NCBI GenBank assembly: GCA_910592345.1
Contig: CAJVPI010000206.1
Coordinates: 1 to 42,605, forward strand
Reading direction: 5' to 3'
Source of the DNA: Paraglomus brasilianum
Lineage: Eukaryota
Length of the DNA: 42,605 nt
Made by a program: the position numbers and the translations under genes. Below the pieces are notes generated by a model. That model was not told where the DNA came from and ran no database searches. It saw only the letters and a list, made by a program, of their open reading frames with translations. The stretch's first letter is position 1, and every line of letters begins with the position of its first letter. Of the stretch, positions 1 through 11,200 are shown one piece after another.

Positions 1-209
1 CCGTGTTATTATCCAAAACAGGAGGCCTATACTTCCAAAACCTGCAGCTGGTGTGGGAAGCGTTCAAAAAATAGGAGGGTCCGAGACGTACAAGTGTCAA
101 AATTGTGGAACTGTAATGGATCGAGATGAAAATGGTCTTTCTCCGGGCATTGCTTGATGGAGCCTTGATTCTCTCCGGAGATCATGCTAGTAGTAATGCC
201 TGCTATTGA
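1..209 (+). pseudogene. Frameshifted C-terminus of a Fanzor (TnpB-derived, probably Fanzor2/IS607-type) RNA-guided nuclease; the 5' part lies outside the window
   Basis: Joining frames gives RVIIQN (frame 2, 2-19), EAYTSKTCSWCG (frame 1, 22-57), SVQKIGGSETYKCQNCGTVMDRDENG (frame 2, 59-136) and FLRALLDGALILSGDHASSNACY* (frame 3, 138-209). This matches the TnpB/Fanzor xYTSxxCxxCG...CxxCG...DRDxNxA zinc ribbon plus RuvC-III motif. Confidence 0.88.
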
Positions 210-596
210 TATGTTACAATCCATCCGAACAAAGTAAACAGTCTTTGTTAATATAAATAATCGATTGCACAGATTTCATTGTAATCCGCGTTTTTGTAAC
301 CTCTTCTGGATATGGTTAGATCTAATTACAAAACATGTTTATTTCTATTATATAAATCCATGTTACGTAATAATTATAACCGTGCGTCAGCTATACCATC
401 GCTAGCTGTGTCTAATGAAGTTTTGTGTTCAAATAATATAGAAAAGGGTCACAAACAAAGCATAATACATCGGATTAATATCTCAAATATTAAACAGACT
501 CTATTACTTACACAGGTTATGTACTCATGTTGGCGAACGGATTAACTATATACAAGAAATTTCTATCCGTACGTCACAGATAAAAGTGTCATTTTT

Positions 597-2579
597 CTAA
601 AAATGGAAAGTGGGTGGTTTGACAAGCATGTCATGGACCCACTTTGGCTGTTTGTGAACATGGAATGGGCAATCTAAAAGACTACAAGAGTTGGCCGCCC
701 AGCCCATATAAGTGCGCGTGCGTATGTTGAAAACCATCGGACTTGGACTACATTATTAAAGAAATCATATGTTATGACAGGCACAGAGACTGCGTTGAAT
801 GATCAAAACAATTACCTGTCGGGTATTGTGTCTCTTTTCTGAATCGGCCGTTCTCCTGTCGTTTTGTCTTTGTCATCCAAATTTCCAAGGCGTACATTAC
901 TATCAGTAGGATAAATGCCAATAATGTTTCTGTCGTCACGAATATTTTCGGCTTCTTCTGTAATGGCTTTGTTCGCTAATTGCTGCTTTCTCGTGTATTC
1001 GGACGGTGATAGATCTATTGTCTCGTTATCCTGACCTATGTCATCAATTATATCTGGAGCATTATTAAAGCTCACCCTATTAACAATATCGAATAGAGAG
1101 ATTTGTTAACAAGTTCTTATGTGCATCTGTCTGTCAAGGTCTGTTGTTCGCACATTACAATGAGAACGGTATATTTGTCGCGTAATCATTGGCAACCTGT
1201 AAGGGATTAGCAAACACACACGCATTTCGTTTCTAGAGCGGTCCTGATGATACGACAACAATGTGCATATATTACTTTCAGCCGCAATTTATAGTGCATG
1301 ATGATTTGTACCTTCTAGCTTGTCTTCTCATATTCGCGCCGGCGCCTGATAACGTTTTCCTTATTCCTCGCACTGAAGCTCTCAGACTGCAATATGTGAT
1401 ACGTATACCGATAAAAATAGTGCCATTATAACACCTCGATAAGTAACTATTACCAAATAACATTACATTACTGTTTGACAGACATTGTATCATCTATATA
1501 CCGCTTATTCACTGATACATTTAAATTCTTACCTCTCTCGGTATTCTTCATCCACGTCCATTGGTGACAAACCATCGCTCGACACATCGTTCACGTCAAA
1601 TTCGTCTACGTTTTTCACTGGAGTATGAAGTATATTTAACCTTACTACTGGTATAGGTGATTCTACAAGAGGCTCAGCCTCTCCCATCTCGACATCTGAA
1701 TCCTCTTCATGGAGAACAGGCTGGTCAGACTGCTTTTCAACGTTAGGTGAACTCTCCGTATAGATTTCGATTTTTGGCGATCTTTGTCTAATTATCTCTA
1801 ATAATTCTGTTCTTTGCGCTTGTAATTCAGCCCGCATTATCGATTCTGCATCACCATATTCGGACAGTTTTTGTAGATGGGGGACATTGAGAAAGAAGTC
1901 ATGGGCTCGGTGTCGCGGTCCAGATCTTGGTATAGTTATAAATCTAGCTGCTGTTCTCATTATTCCGACGTCTCGTTTATCGGTCTATATAATATTAGAG
2001 TAGGAATTAGGTGTGACTTGCGTACCCAGTTAATTTGGCTGAGTACAATAAATTTGGATGATAAAGCAATTGAATCATTTTATTGTTACTTTGTTTAAAT
2101 TTCGTTACATTTGAAGAGAATTAGATAGAAACACTAACTGCTTGTCGGATCAGATAATCTCTTAGAAACCGTTCTGCAACCGGATATTTGAAACACGGTT
2201 CTTTGTTTGTTGACTGAGTTTTACAGTTGTCTTGGGCGAATCTATTGAACATTAGTCAACAGACGCGTTATCAATACATTTTGTACGCATTCACAGGACT
2301 GTTCAGTTAGAGACTATCCCATTTGCATTACTACAGAATCTCAGAATTTTAACTTCAACAAATCTTTACTTCATGGCCTCCAACATACCTTTCAGCTCGC
2401 CTCGCTCGTTTCTTCAACTCTTCGTCGTCAATGTCGGTCGACCTTCCGACCAAACCGTCGTGGTTGGACCCATTCCACGCTTCTCTTCCACGTCCTCTTC
2501 CACGACCGCCTCCTCTTCCACGGGGTCGACCTCTCGGTGTTTGGTTTACTATACATCCTCGTTTACTTCCGCGAACCAT
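597..2579 (-). CDS. Multi-exon hypothetical protein: RGG-rich N-terminus with a KKRARRAERF (Tho1/MOS11-like) motif and an acidic low-complexity middle
   Basis: ORF pieces 2355-2579, 1529-1960 and 812-1075 end at GT donors (GAAAG|gtatgt, GAGAG|gtaag, GACAG|gtaatt) and resume in frame after AG acceptors. The last exon reads SPSPMVFNIR...PPTFHF* with TAG at 597-599. Internal exon structure at 1080-1530 is uncertain. Confidence 0.55.
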
Positions 2580-2734
2580 GCCAAGGCTTATTGGTGAAGT
2601 ATAAATGAAAAGACGCGTGTTACACTTTATCGATTATGGTTTGCCGATCATTAATTATTATAGTTAGTCTAAATATAATCGACTTTAGTTTTCATAACAA
2701 TAATAATAACTTCAGCTTTTACTGTTCAGCTATA

Positions 2735-2761
2735 ATACTAATACTAATACTAATACCCATG

Positions 2762-2799
<38 letters not shown>
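2735..2799. repeat. Microsatellites (ACTAAT)n and (ATT)n
   Basis: atactaatactaatactaata followed by about 11-12 ATT units. Confidence 0.9.
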
Positions 2800-2870
2800 G
2801 AGTCTAATTAGCTTTCGTTATGGTAACATCACCTGATGATAATCAAGTAGTGTAACACAAACATTATATA

Positions 2871-4326
2871 CAGTATAAGCCTCTTTTCAGAGTCGTCCCC
2901 TTTCTCTTCTAACGCCATTAAGCATTATTTGAAGAAACAAGTTTTTGTTTACCCACGGTCATAATGAAAATATAACACGTTTTGACAAATTACACTCGAC
3001 GTTCAGAAGTTTGAATCCAAGGCGTTTATTTAGAATTCCATTAAACAAATTTTATATCGTTTGAAAACTCTACCTCCTGTTATAATAGTAGAAATTGTGT
3101 AATGTCATTCATTTTATTTAGCATGTCCGAGTTCGAATGTAAAACTTTTATGGCACTTATTTCAAGCGTTTAAAAGCTCTGATTCTCTCTTATATATTTT
3201 TTTTGAACCAAAGGGATACATTGCAGCACACGGCTAGGCGATTAGGTATCAATTGTCCACGATATTTTTGCTTCTTGAAGTAAGAAACGTATGCTTCCCG
3301 CAAAATCCTCCAGACGGGAACGCCGCATCTCTCTGTGGTGTCGTTGGCGATCTTTACACAGACTATGTGCTTTATCTGGTGCTTTCGTGTGCAACAGAAA
3401 ACTAGCTAACGAGCTACTAGCCAAGTCGTCAAAGTAATCGCGTCATTATTCTCCATGGTAGTGAGTAGAACGACTGAATTACCACAGAGTGGAATACTTT
3501 AGGACGACGCGAAATGGAAATTAATGTAGTTCAAATCATGCGATATTATACGTTCTCCAACACATTCTTAGTTAAAATGAGCAGAGTATGGTGGGGGAAG
3601 AATGTTTTCATATTCAGCAGTTTGGGCATATGAAAAAGAAATCTCCGTACCTCGTGGAACACTAATGCTGATATGTACAATAATCCGTCAGTGGCACAAG
3701 TCAGATGAAAAACCGTTTCATGGAGTGGCATCTCGTGTAAAGGAAAAACTTCATTGTTTTGCTTTACTAACATCATGAATGGATCTTTTCACGTCCATAT
3801 ATTGCTCTGTCGCAATTGCTGCCTGCTGCCCGGTCCCCACGATCAAAGCAATCGGCGTTTGCAATAGGGCAACGACCCTAGGCACACAACCTGCGTTGCT
3901 AAGGATTTCATTGTCGAGAATGGGATTAACATCATAGTCTGGCCTTCGAATAGTCCAGATCTTAATCCCATGGCAAATTATCGAACACAATGATGCCGAA
4001 TAATGTCGATGAATTAAAGCAGTTTTTAGTCGATTTAGGAGGCAATTCCTGAACAAGTGATTTAATCAAGTCAATGAAAACGCGATGTCAGATGGTTCTT
4101 GGGGGGAAAAAAATCGGGGATAGGATTCCATACAGAAAATTTTATATGTAGTAAAGGATTTGATAAGCATTTGATTATCTCTTGTGGTTGTTGTTGAGAA
4201 ATTTAATTTTGGTATGTCGATGTGACGGGCCATCCATGAGGAACATTTTATATTTAGGAAACCGCTTTTCATTCCGCAACGTCGTCAAAGAATGATACGG
4301 TATTCTGAAAAAAATTTTGGATACCG
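2871..4326 (+). mobile_element. Decayed Tc1/mariner-family DNA transposon (~1.45 kb)
   Basis: Contains a transposase relic. Putative ends are TA|CAGTAT...TTTTCAGA at 2871 and TCTGAAAA...ATACCG|TA at 4326, which are degenerate inverted termini flanked by TA. Boundaries are less certain than the transposase call. Confidence 0.6.
3190..4135 (+). pseudogene. Tc1-like DD34E transposase pseudogene
   Basis: Plus-strand translation gives GISCKGKTSLFCFTNIMNGSFHVHILL (3728-3808) and LQ*GNDPRHTTCVAKDFIVENGINIIVWPSNSPDLNPM (3859-3972), then MPNNVDELKQFL...IKSMKTRCQMVL...GDRIPY. WPSNSPDLNP is the Tc1 signature. The mutated D (3868) and E (3973) positions are 34 codons apart. Many stops and frameshifts. 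Confidence 0.9.
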
Positions 4327-4566
4327 TACAATATATGTTTTTATGAAAGAGTGCTATTTTTACAGTTACTCCACACAACATGCCATTCCATGTTAAGCTG
4401 TTGAAAGTTCTTGCTGAAATTGTTTTGCCTGCTATCATCTTTAGAGAGCAACAAACCGGTGACGTCACATGTTCATGTTGCACGCCCGCGGTCAAAGTTT
4501 CCCCCATTGCCGACAAATCATAAATAATATTTTTATTTGACAGATTTAATTCTATTGATTCGAGGA

Positions 4567-6599
4567 ATGTTCAAGAGAAGTGCTTCGTCCTCGGTAGGAC
4601 GCAATAAGCAGGACCAGAGTCCTGAAAACCAAAAGAATATTATAGTTGAGTTCAGGAAACTATTAGGTCCAGAATACGATCAGTATGACGACGCTGTAAG
4701 TTCAGCCGAGTATTATACATACGGTCTAACCTCGATATAAATATCGAAAATTTTCAATATAGCAAAAGTTCTTAATAAAACTGTTTTTGTATCAGAGAAA
4801 TTCTTCACTATAGTGGCCTATTCACTGTATCTATATCGAGGTTAGACTACTTTTTTTGATGGCTCCATTAACCAGACTTTATTTTTTGTATAGACATTAT
4901 TAAGATTTGCCACTGCCAGAAGCTTTCAGCTGGTAAGCGGAATTCTGATGTATTCTTGGTCTTCACAGAAATCATTCAAGTGTTATTAATCCTCGCTAGG
5001 ACAAGGCCAAGCAACAGCTAGACGATACGGCAGCCTGGCGTGCTAAGGAAAATGTCGACTCGCGCTCACTGCCCATAATAAATCCAGGCACTCCAGTACT
5101 TTATCCCGTTCGTGGCTTCGCACCTTATTTACCGGATTCTAACGTGGGAGCAGTAGATGAAATTCCTGCATATTTGCCAAAAATATACAGATACTTTGGG
5201 GGAAATTGTTTACATAAAACTGATAAAGAGGGTAGAGCTATATATATCGAACGTGCTGTGAGTAATTGGGAACATTTTCAGCGGGCAACGCTCATTCTAC
5301 AGGTAGTATGATGTCTAAAACTGTCTACTTTTAAAGGGGTACCACGATGCGAAACATATAGCCAAAAACGTCAAATTGGAGGAACTTCTTGATTGGCATA
5401 TTTCTTGTCAAGAATTCTCTCACCGAGTTATCATGCCCGAACTCAGCAGGCGAGCAGGAAAAGTGATTGACAAAGAGACTGTGATATTAGATTGCGAAGG
5501 AATGGGAATGCACCGTGAGTAGTTTCCACCAATCCTTGAAACATAATTTTAAACAAGCGAATGCTTAACCAAACGTCTATGGATCAATAATGTGTGTCAT
5601 TTGTCATTCCATACGAAAAGAGATACATATGCCAGCACTGTCAATGTATAGAGCAATTAGTGACCTGGACCAGAAATACTACCCGGAGCGACTGGGCAAA
5701 CTTTTCATCGTGAATACACCCCGGATGTTTGTAATGATATGGAACCTAGCTAAAAGTTGGTTAGATCCTGGTTTATTAAAGAAAATAAGCATCTGCGGGA
5801 AAGACTTTCAGGTACTGATAAATTTAGTCGTACTCTCTCTTATGAAGTATGACTGATTTCTTAAGAAATTAGTGTCTGATCAAAGGTGACTTCTTATACA
5901 CTTTGTTTTTATATTATAAAGTCAACATTACTTGAACACATAGACGCCGAAAATCTTCCCTCATTCTTGGGCGGAAATTGCACTTGCTCACAAATGCCTG
6001 GTAAGCTTTTATATGCTGTTCCCGTTAATCATATATACTGTGCCTTCATCCACATTCTTTTTTAGGCGGATGCGTACCGTCGGTTGTCAAAAAAAATATA
6101 CCGCCGATTTCACGTTCTTCCGTAACACCAACGCCATCCAGACCTAGCACACCATCCTCAGAATTCCCAGTGCGCGTACGATTGCGTGGTGGCTGTAGGG
6201 AAACACGTGAAGTACTATTCATGAAGGACGATGACAAAGGAGATACTCAGGAAAAGCTTGAAATCAAATTTAGAATCATTGGTGGTGCAAAAGGTGTAAA
6301 CTTTGATGTTAGATTTATCAAGCTGGACGAAAATCCAAATAAGGAAGAAAATATGTTTGTATCTTCGTCTATTATTCCGCACATATTTATTGCGCCGGAT
6401 TCGTAATTGATCGATCTCTTTCCGCAGAGTATTGGTATCGACATCCATGCCCAATACGGAAGAAATACAGTATTACAAATTCGAGGCCCAAGACTCTGGA
6501 GAATTCGTACTTGGTTGGTCCCTAGATGAGTCGAAATCTTCTCAGCCAGTGGATATTGAATGCTCCTTACTGATAAATGGAGAAATATATGAGGATTAG
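4567..6599 (+). CDS. Sec14/CRAL-TRIO lipid-transfer protein with a C-terminal beta-rich (GOLD-like) extension, multi-exon
   Basis: Exons encode LLRFATARSFQL, LHKTDKEGRAIYIER, ETVILDCEGMGM, DQKYYPERLGKLFIVNTPRMFVMIWNLAKSWLDP and LLEHIDAENLPSFLGGNCTC, with canonical GT-AG introns. Confidence 0.9.
4722..4849. mobile_element. ~128 bp pogo/Tigger-like MITE in intron 1 of the Sec14 gene
   Basis: Perfect 16-bp inverted repeat GTCTAACCTCGATATA (4724-4739) / TATATCGAGGTTAGAC (4832-4847), TA at the left flank, no coding capacity. Confidence 0.8.
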
Positions 6600-7006
6600 A
6601 CAGAATGGCGGTAACCAGGATGACTAATGGTCTGTATTCTCATTTCTTCGATCGGTTAGATATTAGGGCAAAGTCGGAGAAAGGTACGTTTAGAGAAGTA
6701 CTCATTAGTTATTGCCAACAGAAACTTACTAGAAATTAGATATTAGGCTTACCGGAAATTTGTGAAAGGTTCTATGATTTATAATTCGATATATGTCAAT
6801 AATTTATTAACCAAGACAGTGAGATGCTGTTTAGAATTTGCGCACAATATCGTTTAATATCAAATCATGAACAGTGAAAGAGAGAGCTAATAAAAATCAC
6901 GTCACAGAAATCCTTTGTTTCCTAAGACGAAAAAAAAAAACAAAGTTCTGGAACAAATCATTTTTGTGGTTGTCCTTGCTTGGAGCGCGAAGAGAGGAAA
7001 AGTAAT

Positions 7007-8105
7007 TTAATGTCGACTATGGCTTCGGCTTCGGCTGCGACTCCTAGTTCTGCTTCGAGCTGGACTTCGGCTTCTCGACCTGCTTGCTGTATAACTCCGA
7101 CTACGACTTCTAGAATATGGTGTTCTAGATCTACTTCTGGAACTGTACGAACTATAAGAATACGAACGTCTTCTGTGTACAGGCGATCGAGATCGAGATC
7201 GAGAATATCGTCGCAACGGCGACCTGCCTCGTGCTCTATAACTGCTTCCAGTGAACCGTCTAGGAGATATGTAACGTCCGCCTATGTATGGGATAATAAC
7301 ATTAATGGCTTATCAGAATTTACTTAACATCATGGCCGATACAAATTACTCTACCTCTGCCTCTGCGACGTATTGATGGTGGTGGCGGTGATGGTCGTCG
7401 TGGAACAAATGCGCATGAAAGAACCGCCCCATCCAATTGACCCTTCAAAGAAATCATTGATCAATCCGAGTGACACACACAGTTTGTAACGCGAAGGTTA
7501 AGTTAAAAGAATAAACATCAAAGTTTACCCCATCCATGTAACTAATAGCCTTTTCCGCCTCACTTCTAGTCTCATATTCTATGTATGCAACGCCTCTATT
7601 CACCGACCCTGCTTATAGAAATAAATAGGCTCAATCTACCAGTCATGCTATAATAAAACATGGTAATTATTGTTGCTTAATACAAACACTTTTTGTTTGT
7701 TGGCATATCGATGCCATTAATATGTCCATAAGCACCAAAAATCTCATTCAAATGAGCTACTGTCGCATTCTTAGTCAGTTTTTCTACCAGTATCTTAGTC
7801 GGCAGTGGCGACATGGACCGCTTCCTACGAGCGGGATAAGACGAACGTGAGCGAGAACGACTTCGTGAATAAGACGGACTACGAGAATAGGAACGGCTCC
7901 TTGAAGAATAAGAAGAATAAGAGCGACTTCTAGAACGGGATCGTGACATTGAGCGTACGGATCGGCTACGTGAGCGGCTTCGAGCGTGACTACGCGAACG
8001 AGATCTACTTTCTACACGCGAGTTCGATTTAACCCTGAGAATTACATAATTTAGTTGTAGGGAGAAGGATATTATAATTCTGAAATATCGTATACAGACT
8101 TACAT
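7007..8105 (-). CDS. RNPS1: RNPS1-like SR protein with one RRM (exon-junction/ASAP complex component)
   Basis: RS-rich N- and C-termini flank an RRM: KILVEKLTKNATVAHLNEIFGAYG, NRGVAYIEYE, AEKAISYMDGGQLDGAVLSC. The start codon is split AT|G by intron 8035-8103. Confidence 0.88.
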
Positions 8106-8262
8106 GTTATTCCAACTCGAAGGCTGACTAACGAAAGACTGCAGATTTCGTGATAGTAATAAAATCTCCCACGAGATTTTTGATATGATTGGCTGTATAC
8201 ACGAATTAGTATACTAATATCCACATACCAATACGGGATACCTTTCTTCTTTCAATAATAAC
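8106..8262. promoter_or_regulatory. Compact bidirectional promoter shared by RNPS1 and CSF1
   Basis: Head-to-head start codons 157 bp apart; contains TCGTGAT (8148-8154) and CACGAGAT. Confidence 0.6.
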
Positions 8263-11200
8263 ATGCACATCTACTGGTAACTCCAGTTCACTTTATTCCC
8301 ATTTTGTACGGTAAAAAAATTGAATACTCTCACATCGTTTATTTCATACTTGGGTATAGGTTTTTCCTGACTGGATGTGCAGTCGTAATATTAGCGGTGT
8401 TATTCTTCCTCTTTTATTCTAATCGTGTGCTTGGCCGTTTATTATCACGCTTTATTCGAGCAATTACCTGGCGGAAATATCGTGCCTATATTGAAATTGG
8501 TACGATTTTTATCACATTTGTTGCTATGACAAAATTGTAGCTCGCATTTTTGTAATGTATTCAAATGTTAATAAAGATCATATGCTTAATTGAATATGAA
8601 CACTTGTTATATTGTGTTATCAGAATCAATACAGTTTGCGCCCCTTGCTGGTCGTATTCTATTCAAAAATTTGAAGTATTTGTCAAGAAACCAATCAATT
8701 ATAGTTTTAAAAGGATCTGTGACATGGCGATATTGGTTATGGAGCGTGCGTGAAGATCGAAGCAACGTCAAAAACGACGACGGTGGCGATAACGGTATTT
8801 TGACTTACTATACTCTCAGCCTTTATATACCCACGATCTTTCTAACTGTTCCGTTACCAATTTGTTTCTTAAGACAAAGATTTACCTTGTAGAGTTATAT
8901 GTAATTTGAACGGAGTGGAGTGGTTTGTATATAATAGAAAACCTGCTTATGATGCACTGAGCAAATTTCTTGATGAAAATAGTAACACCGTTTCAGATCA
9001 GCGAGACGACATCACAGGTAATCGGTCGTATAAACCTTTTTAATTTCTCTTTCCGTTCTAATAATTTTAGTTTGCTCTAGTGGACTTGGATGAAGACATT
9101 CCAGATGATTCGCAAATATCCTTCTTCCGAAGATTATTGCCTATTCAAATTGATTGTGAACGAGGTGCCATCATTGTCGGTAATCCTTACGTCCAACCAG
9201 TTCTTGTTACGGAATTCGCGCAAGCTAGCGGAATTTATGCTGCCTTAAAGGTCATTATTGGTCGTTGACTGACGACACCGTTTGACAAATTATGACGAGC
9301 CATTAATTAATGTTTTTATTTTAGACGCGATCACAATACGATCATTATAAAGCGGCTTTACGTGTTACATTCCGCAATCCTCGGATACATCTTAGGCCAA
9401 ATGAGGACTATAAGGGATCTCCTTTGACCCAAGCTTCTAGAAGAACTACAGAATCTGCGAACGAGTAAATATAAACTTGTTGTACATCATTATGTCAAAG
9501 TTCTTGCTAAAATGTCGATCATACTATCATAGACAACCAGAACCCTCCGGCAGGTTTTCATCTTACTTCGATCGATTAAGCGCGTGTATGCCATTCTTTC
9601 AGAACACTTCTTCAATGAATACGGCAGAGTGGTATGGTCTTCCTAGATATCTTAATGATGACTTACCAGGTGTTTCTGGAGACGGAATAGCTGACGAATA
9701 TGCGAAAGTGACCACAATACTCGAATGCGTATCCTTAGACCTCAATTACTATGTTGACGTTGCTGGTGAGTGATTTTTAACGTAAAAATTTCGTATTTGT
9801 AAATACTAACGCCTCTGAGGAATTGCTAGGCAAGGTTCCGCCGTCTCTTTCACTTCTTGATGAGTCGAACGGTATCGACGTTGGTAATGGCGACTTGGCT
9901 CCCGAATGGACAGTTGAACTTGAAGTTGAAGGTGGTGTTATTAATTACGGACCTTGGGCAGATCGTCAGCGGTTTGTATTATTTCGTTATATACACATTA
10001 GATCTGTATTATCTGGCAAATATATTTTTGCTCATTTAAAATTTTATCATCTATAAATTCAGAGTACAACTTCAAAATTTTTTCTTTCCACCACTTTATC
10101 GTAATTCTGAAAAGACAAAGATGCTTTCTCCTGGGGATGATAGACTGCATACTGCGCTGAAGATTTCTATCATATTTAAAACCGAAACTGTAATCCGTAT
10201 TCCTACAAGAGAAGCATCCAAGGTAAAGCCGCCAACGGGAACCATACTATAGTCCATAATGTCTCACTCGCAGTTTGCATTTATAGGACTGGAATTTTGA
10301 AGAAAGTGCACTAGATGAACCTTCAACACCTGCTGCCAGATCTTACGGTTGGATGGACCTACGAGTTGGCTTAGAATCAAGTGTCAACGTTATTGTACCA
10401 ATGGTAACAGATGATAATGGTTATTCTGTTCAGTTGGATATCCGCTTGGACAAACCAGAACTGCAAACGAGCATTAATTTTGCAAATTTATTGACCGCAG
10501 AACGTTGTACGGTAAAGTGTCCTTTTATGACAATAAGGCGTACGGTCACGATTTTAATCTTATTGTTCATCAATCATAGATAACTTGTGGGCTGCAAAAC
10601 CCATTGGTTTGGAATGCGCCTCGTCAATGGGAATTTAGAATCGAATTCTGCAAGGCAGACACATTCTTGCTTCGCGACCATATAATACTTTTTCAAGATC
10701 TAGTAAAAGATTGGACATCCGGACCTCTTGTACAATTGCGATATTTTATACCAATTAATTACGATATTCGCCTGTATTTCAAACAAGGCTTTCAACTATT
10801 TCTCTATGTCAATGAGCGTAACATAATTGAAAATCCAAATCCGATGGACGCCGATGACAATAGTATGTTTTATGTATTATCTTGCGAAAAGTATGTTAAT
10901 TATGATCGCCTTCTCATTTGTCTACTCCATTTTGTATAGCCTTTGTTATCAAGGGCAAGGAATTACATGCAAAGATCGACTTGCCGTTCGTTCAATACAA
11001 GCCAGAAGTAACCAAAATTCTTTTTGATGCCATGGTATAGACCGTTCCAGAGCTACTCTTCTGGTTTCGATTTCATACATCATTTACTTACCTAATACAA
11101 TGTCTTTAGATTGTGGAGGGTAACATTATGATGTCGCCGCAGGCATCTCATTCACTAGGCTCATTCTTATCCGAGGATGGTAAGAAATTTGGTCAAGTCG

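Noticed and set aside
27..224. 65-aa minus-strand ORF
   Set aside because: Antisense shadow of the plus-strand Fanzor/TnpB relic.
2636..2836. Poly-Ile 'membrane peptide' ORF
   Set aside because: Produced by translating the (ATT)n and (ACTAAT)n microsatellites.
3242..4516. Cluster of minus-strand ORFs (60-113 aa)
   Set aside because: Antisense to the Tc1 transposase pseudogene; no recognisable motifs.
6980..7327. 115-aa Ser/Ala/Thr-rich plus-strand ORF
   Set aside because: Antisense of the RNPS1 RS repeats.
9116..9736. ATATCCTT (~9116) and GTATCCTT (~9729), perfect U12 donor look-alikes in CSF1
   Set aside because: Both lie inside continuous, conserved-looking coding exons (QISFFRRLLP; ECVSLDLNYYVD), and no intron is needed there.
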